From contig CAVVXT010000019.1 of assembly GCA_963752255.1 (NCBI GenBank), forward strand, positions 352,001 through 416,000: a stretch of 64,000 nt of DNA, written 5' to 3'. The notes below the pieces were generated by a model. The model saw only the letters and a list, made by a program, of their open reading frames with translations. It was not told the DNA's origin and searched no databases. Position 1 is the stretch's first letter. Every line of letters begins with the position of its first letter. This DNA comes from Nitrososphaeria archaeon (GTDB lineage Archaea; Thermoproteota; Nitrososphaeria; JACIWG01). A program made the position numbers and the translations under genes. Below, piece after piece: positions 50,530-60,868 of this stretch.

Positions 50530-51026
50530 ATTCGGTCGAACTAAAATCAGTCGTCAGTTTGATAAGGAAAGAGTACCAGCCGCTTCAGAACTTTAGAACT
50601 TGTTCTCTGATTTTTCTTTTACTTAATAATTTTATATCTCCATCTTGGCGTTAATTGACCTTACAATTATATAATTATGTTCTTTAGCTAATTTTCAATA
50701 AATATGAGGTTGCTGATATAGTTTCCTTATCTATTAAAATTGTTGGTTGTGGGGAGTGTTTGGAAGTGCAGTAAAGAAAAAGGAAGAGGTCTCGGCGAAC
50801 GTTATTTCTTCAGTAGACTTAAGATTCTACCCGCTACTCCGAGGATTAGACCTGATAGCCAGCCGCCTTCCTTTGTTCATAATTTGCGTTTAAACGGTTC
50901 TTGCATTCGTTGCACTCAATTCCATGGTCCTTTTGGGTATAAAGTTGAACAGAAGAAAGTTCGAATAATAGACAAAATACGTAAAAAGGTCCAATCAACT
51001 AAAATGTGCACTGGGAGAGGACTGCG

Positions 51027-51512
51027 TTGACAGGAATTAGAAGAAAGGATAAGGAAATAACGAACCTCGATGAGATGAAAAATATTCTCAAAACAGCCAA
51101 GTATGTAACCTTAGCGATGTGTTTGAACGATGAACCGTACTTGGTGACCCTCAGCCACGGTTATGATCAAGAGAGAAACTGCATTTATTTTCACTGTGCA
51201 GATGAAGGAAAGAAAATCGATATTCTAAAGGCAAACAGTCTCGTTTGGGGTCAAGCGCTTGTCGACCTAGGATATGTTCAAGGAGCATGTAAGCAGCTGT
51301 ACGCTACAACACAGTTTAGAGGCAGGGTAACTTTCTTAGTGGACTTAAACGAAAAGGAGCACGCGTTAAAGGTTATGATTGAATCATTAGACAAAGATCC
51401 AGAGAAAGTTATCGAAAAACAACTTAAGCCTGAGCGAATTCGAAAAGTGAGAATCGGAAGAATAGATATTGATTACATGAGTGGCAAAAAAGCCGATAAG
51501 GTGACAATTTGA
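51027..51512 (+). CDS. Pyridoxamine 5'-phosphate oxidase-like (NimA-type) flavin-binding protein
   Basis: IRRKDKEI, PYLVTLSHGY, IYFHCADEGKKID, MSGK; TTG start after GGAGAGG. Confidence 0.88.
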   Translation: MTGIRRKDKEITNLDEMKNILKTAKYVTLAMCLNDEPYLVTLSHGYDQERNCIYFHCADEGKKIDILKANSLVWGQALVDLGYVQGACKQLYATTQFRGRVTFLVDLNEKEHALKVMIESLDKDPEKVIEKQLKPERIRKVRIGRIDIDYMSGKKADKVTI

Positions 51513-51965
51513 ACGCTAATAGGGTTTAAACTCTTTCCAAAACGAGAAACCCGAGTGGAAGACGCGACGACCGCATAATTTGAACTCAACATTCTGGATT
51601 CAAATCTCAGGTATTTCCATATGCGCCGCATTTGGCTATTTGTGGGTATTAGACAAGAGAAATCGGGCGTCTACAGCTTGACTGATTTCCAAGGGGTTGA
51701 ATTAATTCTTAAGGTTGAGTGGATCTTAGATTAGTTTGAAGCTAATTTTTGTTAAATCTGGAGCTATCTAGCTAGTGATGACTTGTTAGTAAAGCGCGCT
51801 AAAATCATATATAATAGACATAGGTTATTAATTATCGGGTGTTTTGTCATGTTGGCAAAAGAAATTAAGGTGCTTGAACGTCGTCCCACCATTATTAGGC
51901 ATGACAGCATGAATAGTAGGCGTACTATTAAACCGCAATACGACAATGCATGGAGCTGTTAACGC

Positions 51966-52526
51966 ATGAATAAAGCATTGATTGTTTATGGAACCCGATA
52001 TGGAGCAACAGCGAGCACATCAGAAGAGATTGCAAACATACTCCGACAAGAAGGTTTGGAAGTCCGAGTAGTTAACGCAAAACAAGAAAAAATCAAAGAC
52101 ATAGCTGAGTATGATCTTATCATTGTTGGCAGTGGAATCCAGATGAAAAGGTGGACCAGTGAACCTGAAGAGTTCCTGAAAAGGTTTCAGAAGGAGCTGG
52201 CAGGAAAGAAAGTGGCACTATTCGTCTCCTGCGGCGCTGGCTGCCAAGCACTAAATGAAGGAAAACCCGACATGATTACTAAAGCCAGAGGAGAGTATCT
52301 TGAAGAAAAAGCCGCCAAGTATAATCTGCAACCCATCGCTTTGGGCTTATTTAGCGGCGTCTACAACTACAATAAAGTGCCATGGTGGGCCAAAAGGGCG
52401 CTGGAGGCAGGAAGGCCGAAGATAGAAGCTGCATATAAAGAAACACAGCCTGGAGTTTATGATACGAGAGACTTGGACGCCATCAGAATCTGGGCGAAAG
52501 AACTCTCCCAAAAAGTTCACAGTTAG
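51966..52526 (+). CDS. Flavodoxin-domain protein (Flavodoxin_5, HemG-like)
   Basis: LIVYGTRYGAT, YDLIIVGSGI, VALFVSC, DTRDLDAIRIWA. Confidence 0.88.
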   Translation: MNKALIVYGTRYGATASTSEEIANILRQEGLEVRVVNAKQEKIKDIAEYDLIIVGSGIQMKRWTSEPEEFLKRFQKELAGKKVALFVSCGAGCQALNEGKPDMITKARGEYLEEKAAKYNLQPIALGLFSGVYNYNKVPWWAKRALEAGRPKIEAAYKETQPGVYDTRDLDAIRIWAKELSQKVHS

Positions 52527-52901
52527 GCAAAAATGCTCAGAAAAAATATACAGTAAGCTAAGCTGCCAAATCGACATAGACAAACAGATAATATGGGAAA
52601 TAATTACTTGTGATCTAAGCAATTATTTAAAATTTAAGCTAAGATTTAAAAGGTTCTGTTACCTCTGCGTGTTATAAATAGTCGGAAATTATCTTTCCAA
52701 TAAAATATGTTCCTGCAAGCGTCTAAACTTTACGATTTTTATTAATAGAATGTAGGATTTTTACTATACTTTAGGCTTATGGCATTTCTCACATTCGTAT
52801 AGCGTCTTTATCATAAGAACCTCCCTTCTGGCTGGCATTGACCCCACCTTTCCCTGCCTGGATCCTATCAAATGCTTGGAAATGGTATTGATGGAACACG
52901 A

Positions 52902-53849
52902 TCAGAGATGTATACGTGCAAACTTCTGTACAGTTCTAGAACCGCGATTAATCTTCGCATAACTCATTGATACTTCACCAACATATAGGTCGCCTCTTGA
53001 ATCAACAGCAATTGCGTGAGGAGCAACAAATAATGGGTTTTTCACATCGTGACCTTCGTTTCCCCAGCGCGTTAATAACTTTCCATCTATCGTGAAAATG
53101 GAGACACGCCTGCACAGCTCGGACACATAGACGACATCATCACCAACTATAGATAAGTCGGTTGGACGAATCAAATTTATCCACTGGGTCAAAAATTCAC
53201 CTTTATCATTAAAGACTTGGATTCGACTATTTTCACGATCTGGGATCCATACCTGATCATGGACATCCACCCGAATCGAATGTGGAAGTCGGAACTGGCC
53301 TGGCCCTGCTCCCGGTTCACCCCATGAGAACAATAACTCACCGTCTGGGCTGAACTTATGTACTCGCGCATTACCATAGCCATCAGAAACATAGATATTC
53401 CCTGATGAGGAGAGTGCCACTCCTGTTGGGCGGTTGAAAGGTGGTCCACCTCGTGTAATAGAGGCTATACTCTCAAAAAGATCAGACATTTGTATATAAC
53501 CGGTGTCTGAAGGTTTATCCTTCGTTCCTAGTTTCATTAGAACGTTACCCTCAGTATCAAATTTTGTAACGGTATGGTTTTTATCGTCGGTGCAGTAGAC
53601 TGCACCGTCTGGACCAATACAGATGCCATGAGCTCTGTTAAAGTACCCTTCTCCCCACGATGAGATCAAATCTCCATCACGGTTGAAGATCATCATTGGG
53701 TATTTGCCGCGGTTGAGAATGTAAACCTGGTCTTGACGGTCAATGGCTATACCGCAGACATCAAGGAAAGACTCTCCATCATGAAGTTTAGCCCATCCGT
53801 CAACTAGTTCAAATGAATATTTCTCATTACCGGATATCACTTTTGACAA
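52902..53849 (-). CDS. NHL-repeat beta-propeller (PAL-like, peptidyl-alpha-hydroxyglycine lyase family)
   Basis: AHGICI, FNRPTGVA, YVSDGYGNARVHKF, QFRLPHSI, DRENSRIQVF, PHAIAVDSRGDLYVGE. Confidence 0.9.
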   Translation of the reverse strand: MSKVISGNEKYSFELVDGWAKLHDGESFLDVCGIAIDRQDQVYILNRGKYPMMIFNRDGDLISSWGEGYFNRAHGICIGPDGAVYCTDDKNHTVTKFDTEGNVLMKLGTKDKPSDTGYIQMSDLFESIASITRGGPPFNRPTGVALSSSGNIYVSDGYGNARVHKFSPDGELLFSWGEPGAGPGQFRLPHSIRVDVHDQVWIPDRENSRIQVFNDKGEFLTQWINLIRPTDLSIVGDDVVYVSELCRRVSIFTIDGKLLTRWGNEGHDVKNPLFVAPHAIAVDSRGDLYVGEVSMSYAKINRGSRTVQKFARIHL

Positions 53850-54107
53850 CTCCTCTATGGAATATTATTGTAACTCAATTTAAATATTTAGTCATGAACT
53901 TCTAAGATCTTGTCCACGTTCTCTAATCCCAGCCTCTTTAGAGTTTCAGATGTTGGTACTCCATTTTCAATCCTTATGGTAATTTATTTCTATCTTACTG
54001 AATTCTTAAAAGCACTGATATTAACTGACAAGAGAACTAAAATGAACGTACAAATTATAGGAAAGACTACATAAATCCTTTACTCAAAAGCCCAGCCAAG
54101 AGAGAGA

Positions 54108-54344
54108 GTGAGAGAAAGTTCGCTAGGTCCGCCCGGGACACCTTCGGCGGAGACAAGATATGTCAAGTACAATAGAAGGATCCTGCCTAAAGCGGTTGCT
54201 TTGACAGCATTAGGCCAGAAGGGTAAAGTGGACGCTCCGCATAGGGATGGCAAGGTTGAAAGGAGAAAACATCTCTGGCAGAAGCTTCAGGATGCCAAGA
54301 AGACACTTGTGCGATTGGGCAAAGAAATCGTAGCGGTGGTCTAG
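54108..54344 (+). CDS. Small basic hypothetical protein
   Basis: 78-aa GTG ORF with no motif. Confidence 0.3.
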   Translation: MRESSLGPPGTPSAETRYVKYNRRILPKAVALTALGQKGKVDAPHRDGKVERRKHLWQKLQDAKKTLVRLGKEIVAVV

Positions 54345-54455
54345 TTGAACTATGCTCTACTTCCTGATATTTTTTGTTGATACAAATCATCCGTATTTGA
54401 TGGGATTCACAGTCTCCCTTCTTTTCCTCGGACAAGTCCAAGAAAATTAAAATCC

Positions 54456-55247
54456 TTATTCTATACGGAAAAAAGATTTTATCAGATCGATATCGCTGTC
54501 CTTCAACAACTCTTTTTCCTTCGCCCATAATAGGGAGTCTGAAGATACAGCTACAGGCTCCATTTCCTCAAAGATTCTGGATGTCTGATAGAATCCAGCA
54601 TACTTTTCAGGCGTTCTTCTCAGAAAATCTGACAGGGTTGTAGAAAATTTCTGACTAGCATCATACATCGCCTCCTTTATTCTCCCCTTAAACTTCGACA
54701 CAACCGAGAAAGCATGGGAATCAAAATAGGACAGATATGTCTGAGATTCAAGGTACGCCCCCTTCAGTTCGTCGTTGTCTCTCCCTTCCTCGATCACCCT
54801 CCAGAGCGTCGTTATCTTAACGATACCAGCCAGAAAGTACGCATAAAGCATATTGAACGAATCATTCACCTCACCGTCGAGGTTGGTGAGGCTGAACACA
54901 GCCTTTATTTGGCGTTCTTGCTCAAATTTTTGCAGAAGATCTATTAGAATAGGCCGTTTAGGCACCAAAATCGAAAACTCTTTATTTTCCCACCTTTTAT
55001 GATAGTTTCTAAGCGCTAAGCTGAAAGCTTTCTTCGAGCATTCACTTGAACAGTATTTCTTATGTTTGCGGGCGAAAACTTTGGTTTCACCGCAGATAGG
55101 GCACTTTTTAGGCATCTTTTCCGCTAACCTTTTTTTCCTATACAAGTCGTGGAAACGAACTTTATTTCTACGATAGTAGTCTTTCATATAGTTTCTATGC
55201 TTTTCTCTCCTAAGCTCATCTTTGTCGCTGGAAGCCATATTTCTCAC
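54456..55247 (-). CDS. Hypothetical protein with basic N-terminus and treble-clef-type Zn finger (virus/MGE-like)
   Basis: REKHRNYMKDYYRRNK helix then CPICG...KYCSSECSK. Confidence 0.65.
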   Translation of the reverse strand: MRNMASSDKDELRREKHRNYMKDYYRRNKVRFHDLYRKKRLAEKMPKKCPICGETKVFARKHKKYCSSECSKKAFSLALRNYHKRWENKEFSILVPKRPILIDLLQKFEQERQIKAVFSLTNLDGEVNDSFNMLYAYFLAGIVKITTLWRVIEEGRDNDELKGAYLESQTYLSYFDSHAFSVVSKFKGRIKEAMYDASQKFSTTLSDFLRRTPEKYAGFYQTSRIFEEMEPVAVSSDSLLWAKEKELLKDSDIDLIKSFFRIE

Positions 55248-55253
55248 CTATGA

Positions 55254-55282
55254 AATTGCTATGTTATATAAACATAGCGATT
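55254..55282. repeat. Inverted repeat AATTGCTATGTT-ATATA-AACATAGCGATT centred on a TATA box
   Basis: 12-bp arms, one mismatch, 5-bp spacer. Confidence 0.7.
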
Positions 55283-55381
55283 ACTAGTCCCTTTGGGCGT
55301 GGGACTTCGCTCAGCTGTAGATTATTGCGTGCAGACATCACACATTCAGATTTTTTAAAAAATTCTCGGTAACTTGAATTA

Positions 55382-55399
55382 TGGGCCTGAAGGGATTCG
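55382..55399 (-). other. tRNA 3'-end fragment (possible att site remnant)
   Basis: Minus strand CGAATCCCTTCAGGCCCA = end of T-loop + 5-nt T-stem + 7-nt acceptor strand + discriminator; no 5' half present. Confidence 0.5.
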
Positions 55400-55576
55400 C
55401 ACGGATGTAGTGACAGCGGAACAGATTACGTAGAGAAGATAATATCTAAAAATGTAACGCTTAAGCATAAATTTAATTAGGTATCTGCACTTAATTAGGG
55501 TCAGAAACTACCGGGCCCGTCCAGCTTAACCATTAATTAGTCATCAGAAGGTATAAAAGCAATTTCACTGTTTCTG

Positions 55577-56443
55577 ATGGTGTTGAACTTCGAACAAAGG
55601 AAACTCTCTGACTCTATCATCGTCTTCGACGGTAATTATCCGGGAGGAGGGAACGTGACCTCCACCGTGGTTCACTCAGGGAATCACGCCTTTGTCTTCG
55701 ATTCGCTCCTCTTCCCGGAAGATACGCTCATGCTGCTGCGCAGCCTCAAGGACCTGAATCTTAATCCCGAAGGTCTGGTCAACACGCATTGGCATTTGGA
55801 TCACACCGCTGGGAACCAGCTTTTTCTCGAGACTAGACGGATAATCTCACACAGTATGTGTAACGATTTGATGCATACGGACCTTCCCCCTCAGATCAAT
55901 TGGCTGAACAAGGGGCTGAAAGAAGAAAGGAGAGTTAGGGCCACGTACCCTAACGAAGCGATTTCGGATGGGTCTGTCTTAGCCGTTGGAGACCAGGAGA
56001 TAAAGTTCTTGCACACGCCAGGACACACGCCCGACTCGATCATCGCTTGGCTGGAAGATGAGCATGTGATCATTGCCGGCGATACTGTGATGGAACTCCC
56101 CTACATATGGTACGGCGAGAGTCAAGCGCTGATCGAGTCCCTGAAGAGAGTTCAGTCGATTGTTAGAGGAGACAGGATAGTTCAGGGGCACGGAGGAATC
56201 TGTGGACGAGAAAAACTGGGTGGCGACATAAGCTACATCGAAAATGTGAGAAAGCTTGTAGCCGAATACCTCGAGTCAGGGAAGACGGCCAAAGAAGCAG
56301 CAGCAGGAATCAAGCTAGCAGATTGTGTCAGCATGGAGAGAATTCAAAGCACACTCAAACTCTACGAGAAGTTCCATCCGGAAAACGTGGAGCGGATTTA
56401 TGCTGAATTAGGCAAGAAGCTGACCAAGGAAATTCATTCTTAG
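55577..56443 (+). CDS. MBL-fold metallo-hydrolase
   Basis: NTHWHLDHTAGN, HTPGHTPD, AGD, QGHG. Confidence 0.92.
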   Translation: MVLNFEQRKLSDSIIVFDGNYPGGGNVTSTVVHSGNHAFVFDSLLFPEDTLMLLRSLKDLNLNPEGLVNTHWHLDHTAGNQLFLETRRIISHSMCNDLMHTDLPPQINWLNKGLKEERRVRATYPNEAISDGSVLAVGDQEIKFLHTPGHTPDSIIAWLEDEHVIIAGDTVMELPYIWYGESQALIESLKRVQSIVRGDRIVQGHGGICGREKLGGDISYIENVRKLVAEYLESGKTAKEAAAGIKLADCVSMERIQSTLKLYEKFHPENVERIYAELGKKLTKEIHS

Positions 56444-56825
56444 GACCCATTCAGGGGCGGACCCCACCGAACTTGAACCTAATTTCACTTTTAATAATTT
56501 ACCAGTAGATTAATGCTGAAATCCCACCCCCTGCACCTTCGATCAGACTTTCGCCCAGAGCCAGCCCATTTTTATTATACATATGATATTAGAAATAAAT
56601 TATTTGGATAGGCATTCTTTCTTCCTTAAGAAGAATAGTGTATCTCAAACGAATTCCGCAGTCGCTTCTGGACACGTTTAGACTGATGGGAAGTTTCTGT
56701 CTGATTTTTTTGTTCTTTCTGATGTCTTAAATTATCATATTTTTATGAGGGATTCAAGTGTTGTCATACGCATAAACTTTACATAATATTAGCTTTATAT
56801 CTTCAAGATAATATTAGTAATATAG

Positions 56826-57707
56826 ATGCTAAACTTCTATATACTAGATGTTTTTGCTGTAACGAAGTACTCAGGCAACCAATTGGCAGTTGTTATTAGT
56901 TCAAAAGCGCTTAATGGTACTGAAATGCAGAAAATTGCCCAGGAAATGCATTATTCTGAGACGACATTTATATTTTCAAGTAGAAAAAAAGATGCCGGAT
57001 ATAATGTTCGTATCTTTACCCCAGAAAAGGAGGTTCCCTTTGCGGGCCACCCGACTCTTGGTATAGCCTACGTGATAAGACAAGAAATTATTAAATCGGA
57101 TGTAAACAACATTATCTTAAATTTGAAAGCGGGAAAAATTACTGTGACATTTGGTCAGCTGAGTCATGAAAAAGATATTCTTTGGATGAAACAACAACAA
57201 CCTACATTTGGGCGTATCTTAGAGGCAGAATCTTTGTCAGAAGTTTTATCCATTAATAAGGCTGATTTAGATGATAGGTTTCCTATCCAAGAAGTTTCCA
57301 CTGGCCTTCCTTCAATAATAGTTCCATTAAGATCTTTGGATGCTTTAAAAAGAGCTAAAATTGATATGCAGAAATACTTCGATTTGATAGCAAATTTATC
57401 GGCAAAAGGTATACTAATTTTTTGTTCAGAAACCCGCAAGAAGAAAAATAATCTTAGTGCACGATTTTTTGCTGATTATTATGGCGTACATGAGGATCCG
57501 GCTACCGGTAGTGCAAATGGCTGTCTAGCTGGATATTTAGTTAAATACAAATATTTTAGTAAAGATCGGATAAATATCCGAGTGGAACAAGGTTATGAAA
57601 TAGGAAGGCCTTCTCTGCTTCTCATTAAAGCTGAAGATAAAAAAAAGTGGATAGACGTTAATGTTGGCGGCAAAGTAATCATGATAGCAAAAGGAAAACT
57701 TATCTGA
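56826..57707 (+). CDS. PhzF family epimerase/isomerase
   Basis: DVF..GNQLAV, SETTF, RIFTP..EVPFAGHPT, EDPATGSANG, EQG. Confidence 0.93.
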   Translation: MLNFYILDVFAVTKYSGNQLAVVISSKALNGTEMQKIAQEMHYSETTFIFSSRKKDAGYNVRIFTPEKEVPFAGHPTLGIAYVIRQEIIKSDVNNIILNLKAGKITVTFGQLSHEKDILWMKQQQPTFGRILEAESLSEVLSINKADLDDRFPIQEVSTGLPSIIVPLRSLDALKRAKIDMQKYFDLIANLSAKGILIFCSETRKKKNNLSARFFADYYGVHEDPATGSANGCLAGYLVKYKYFSKDRINIRVEQGYEIGRPSLLLIKAEDKKKWIDVNVGGKVIMIAKGKLI

Positions 57708-57892
57708 TACCCAGTATCGACTTTAATACTTTGATTTCTCTTATCGAAGATCAGGCTTATGATCGAAGGGAAAAAGCAGTTAAAGCATTGACTAGAATCA
57801 TCAATCTAAATTGAATATTTTCTCAATAAGCTTAAAGGAGTCCATGAAGCAAACTCCTTATCCGCAAAGCTTTACTCTATTTTAGTCCTCTT

Positions 57893-58306
57893 ATGAAATA
57901 TCTTTTCGCTCCCGTGGATAAAGGAAAAGAGGTCGCTGGAAAGAAACCTCTGACCATAATAACAGATGGACTACGAGCATACCAAGACGCATGCACGAAA
58001 GAGTTCTACACCAAACATAACCCAAGAACCAAACACATCAGAGACATTCAATTAGCTGGAGAAGTTCACAACAATAAGATGGAGAGGATGAACGGTGAAA
58101 TCTGAGATAGAGAGAAGGTTATGAGAGGGTTAAAGAAAGAGGACACGCCGATTCTTAAAGGCTATCAGATATACCATAACTATGTTAGACCACACGAAGC
58201 GTTAGATGGACAAACTCCCGCTGATAAATGTGGAATCAAAGTCGAGGGAGAAAACAAGTGGATAACGTTAATCCAGAACGCAAGGCAAAGCATAAATCTA
58301 AAGTGA
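57893..58306 (+). mobile_element. Archaeal IS6-like DDE transposase remnant (5'-truncated, internal TGA at 58103)
   Basis: IITDGLRAY, HNNKMERMNGEI*DREKVMRGLK, YHNYVRPHEALDGQTPA; the two ORFs are in the same frame. Confidence 0.8.
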
Positions 58307-58312
58307 ATCTAA

Positions 58313-59680
58313 TTGGAAGGTGTGAGTTTCCAAACTAATACCATCTATTGTGGTGATTGTAAGGAAGTTCTAAAACACTTCCCTGAAAATTGCGTTGACC
58401 TTATCTACCTTGACCCACCTTTTTTCTCAAATCAAGAATATGAAGTCATTTGGAAAGATGGATATGAAATTCGAGCTTTTGAAGACCGTTGGAAAGGAGG
58501 AATACAAAACTATATTGCTTGGATAGAACCAAAACTCCGAGAATGCCATAGAGTTCTTAAAAACACAGGGTCAATTTATCTCCATTGTGACTGGCATGCG
58601 GGACACCACTTAAAAATACTTATGGATCATATTTTTGGAGAAAATCGACTTATAAATGACATTATTTGGAAACGAACAGCTGCTCATAGTGGAGAAGGTA
58701 TTACTAAGAAGTATGGGACAGTTCACGATAATATCATGTTTTACGCTAAAACCGACCAATACACGTTTATTCCCCAATATATGCCATACAGCAAGGAATA
58801 TCTTGAAAATTTCTATAACCATGAGAATGCAGATGGAAGACGATGGCTATCAAGAGACCTAACAGCCGCAGGGGTTAGACATGGTGATTCTGGCAAACCA
58901 TGGAAAGGGATTGATGTGACATCTAAAGGGGTTCATTGGAAATTTAGGGTTCAAAAACTTGACGAACTTGAGAAGATAGGTAGAATCTACTTTCCAAAAA
59001 AAGTTGGAGGTATGCCAAGATATAAACAGTATCTGGACGAGTCAAAAGGTGTGTTATTACAAGATGTATGGGCTGATATTCCAGTTATTTCATCGCATGC
59101 AAAAGAACGTTTGGGTTATCCTACACAGAAACCTGAAATGCTTCTTGAACGAATTATAAAAACTTCATCAAATCCAACGGATATTGTTCTTGATCCTTTT
59201 TGTGGTTGTGGAACAGCCATCGCAGTTGCTCATAAATTAGGTAGGAGATGGATAGGGATTGATATTTCTCCTACTGCATGTAAGTTGATGGCTAAGAGGT
59301 TACGTTTATTGAGAGCAACATTTTCCGAGATTGGATTACCAACAACTGTTGAAGAATTAAAACAACTTCAACCTTTTGATTTTCAGAATTGGGTTATGGA
59401 AAAGTTGTATGGGAGAGTTAATCCAAGAAAGGTTGGGGACATGGGAATAGACGGGTATTTTATAGACGGCTCTCCAATCCAAGTCAAACAATCTGAAGAT
59501 ATAGGAAGAAACGTTATTGATAATTTTGAGACCGCTATGCAGAGAATTGGAAAGAACAAGGGCGTGATAGTTGCTTTCAGCTTTGGGAAGGGAGCTTACG
59601 AGGAAGTGGCAAGAGCTAAGAATGAACAGAACTTGGAAATAACTTTAAAAACGGTTGAAGAAATCCTTAAAGAAACTTAG
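58313..59680 (+). CDS. Beta-class N6A DNA methyltransferase fused to an Mrr-like PD-(D/E)XK domain
   Basis: IYLDPPF, GYPTQKPE, LDPFCGCGT; C-terminal FQNWV...GDMGIDG...PIQVKQ. Confidence 0.9.
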   Translation: MEGVSFQTNTIYCGDCKEVLKHFPENCVDLIYLDPPFFSNQEYEVIWKDGYEIRAFEDRWKGGIQNYIAWIEPKLRECHRVLKNTGSIYLHCDWHAGHHLKILMDHIFGENRLINDIIWKRTAAHSGEGITKKYGTVHDNIMFYAKTDQYTFIPQYMPYSKEYLENFYNHENADGRRWLSRDLTAAGVRHGDSGKPWKGIDVTSKGVHWKFRVQKLDELEKIGRIYFPKKVGGMPRYKQYLDESKGVLLQDVWADIPVISSHAKERLGYPTQKPEMLLERIIKTSSNPTDIVLDPFCGCGTAIAVAHKLGRRWIGIDISPTACKLMAKRLRLLRATFSEIGLPTTVEELKQLQPFDFQNWVMEKLYGRVNPRKVGDMGIDGYFIDGSPIQVKQSEDIGRNVIDNFETAMQRIGKNKGVIVAFSFGKGAYEEVARAKNEQNLEITLKTVEEILKET

Positions 59681-59729
59681 CCGTGCAAAAGAGTTAACAA
59701 AATCTTTATGCGGTTATAGACACACCATC

Positions 59730-59775
59730 AACCGAAAGGTAACACCAACATCAGTCAACCGCAGAGGTAACAGAA
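59730..59775 (+). repeat. Left copy of a 46-bp inverted repeat
   Basis: AACCGAAAGGTAACACCAACATCAGTCAACCGCAGAGGTAACAGAA; 45/46 match to the reverse complement of 60959-61004. Confidence 0.92.
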
Positions 59776-60029
59776 CCCTCATTGGTTGGAAATTAGAGTA
59801 GGAGTGAAATAATTTTAAAGAATTATAGTACAGTTAAAAACATAAAAACTCTAGAAAAAAATTTGATACAAAATAAATACTTCATTTTCTCATAGAGACC
59901 ATCCTATGTAAATAATTAACTTATTCACCATTCCTTCCAAGATCTTTTAAAGGGCTCTGTCAAGTCTCCGTTTGGTTAATCTCTCTTTAAAAAATCGTTT
60001 GGTAAATATTTTTCTGAATTTTATGGGGT

Positions 60030-60353
60030 TCATTTATTTGCTTTGAATGTTCGAAGGAGTGCCAACACTAATAGAATAGCACCAAAGACTAAGAACATGA
60101 ATGCAAAAAATATTTTTTCTGAAATTGAATAAGCTCCTAAAATTAGGAATAAATTTGCTGAAAGAATAAGGAGTGTAATGCCAAGCGTAAAGAGAAAATC
60201 GTTGTGCGTATTAGAGTTCACCCCATTAAGCTTACATTCAATTTGATTCAATTTTTCTATTTTATTAGTATCCATTTGATTCAATTTAATATCAATTTTT
60301 TCCAACTTATCTAATATTATAGCTGATTCCTCTTTCTTTTCGTCATTGCTCAT
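60030..60353 (-). CDS. Small membrane protein (coiled-coil plus 2 TM)
   Basis: 107-aa AT-rich ATG ORF with a TTTATA box upstream. Confidence 0.65.
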   Translation of the reverse strand: MSNDEKKEESAIILDKLEKIDIKLNQMDTNKIEKLNQIECKLNGVNSNTHNDFLFTLGITLLILSANLFLILGAYSISEKIFFAFMFLVFGAILLVLALLRTFKANK

Positions 60354-60378
60354 ACTTTTGTGTAATAAGAAAAGTTCG

Positions 60379-60413
60379 ATATAAATTTTAGTGTGAGAGT
60401 TAAGCCTTCAGTA
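60379..60413 (+). repeat. Direct repeat upstream of the 60030 gene; partner at 60889..60924
   Basis: ATATAAATTTTAGTGTGAGAGTTAAGCCTTCAGTA vs ATATAAAATTTTTGTGCGTGAGTTAAGCCTTCAATA. Confidence 0.8.
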
Positions 60414-60457
60414 TGCGATCTATCACATATCGGAAAGTTCATCATAAAGATAAAGTT

Positions 60458-60868
60458 CTACTTGTTGTCAGAATACCATTTTAGGTTTTTCCCCATTTTA
60501 GTTAACTTAGGAATTTCCTTTCCCTGCCTTACAGCCTCTAACATTATTCCTATTTTATTGACCTTGTCGTGGTAAGACCTATTCACCAACGAAAGAAAAA
60601 AAATAGTTAAAATTAAGATTACAATGATTAATCCGGAAAATGGCTCGATGTTTACAATGATTAATCCGAAAAATGTAGAATGGACAAATGTTTGAATATT
60701 TGAACTGTATAACATAAAATCAATAATTAGGAATGTAAAAAAGAAAGTTAAGATATATGAAATAAAATTTAGTCTATCTGTGTGAACCTGTTCAGAAAAG
60801 ACCTCTATCGCAGCTAAATTGACTTCTTTATCTGGGGGTTTAACCTCTTTTTTTTCCAAATTTATCAA
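60458..60868 (-). CDS. Small membrane protein (2-3 TM)
   Basis: 136-aa AT-rich TTG ORF with the same upstream element as its neighbour. Confidence 0.6.
   Translation of the reverse strand: MINLEKKEVKPPDKEVNLAAIEVFSEQVHTDRLNFISYILTFFFTFLIIDFMLYSSNIQTFVHSTFFGLIIVNIEPFSGLIIVILILTIFFLSLVNRSYHDKVNKIGIMLEAVRQGKEIPKLTKMGKNLKWYSDNK

Noticed and set aside
51006-51023. Possible tRNA 3' fragment on the minus strand
   Set aside because: Spacing does not fit T-loop/T-stem/acceptor, and the sequence doubles as the RBS of the downstream gene
58103-58105. In-frame TGA as selenocysteine or readthrough
   Set aside because: The position corresponds to Arg (EIRDREK) in a 5'-truncated transposase; simple nonsense mutation
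59952-59965. GGGCTCTGTCAAGT as an IS terminal repeat
   Set aside because: Resembles IS ends, but no partner copy or adjacent transposase was found
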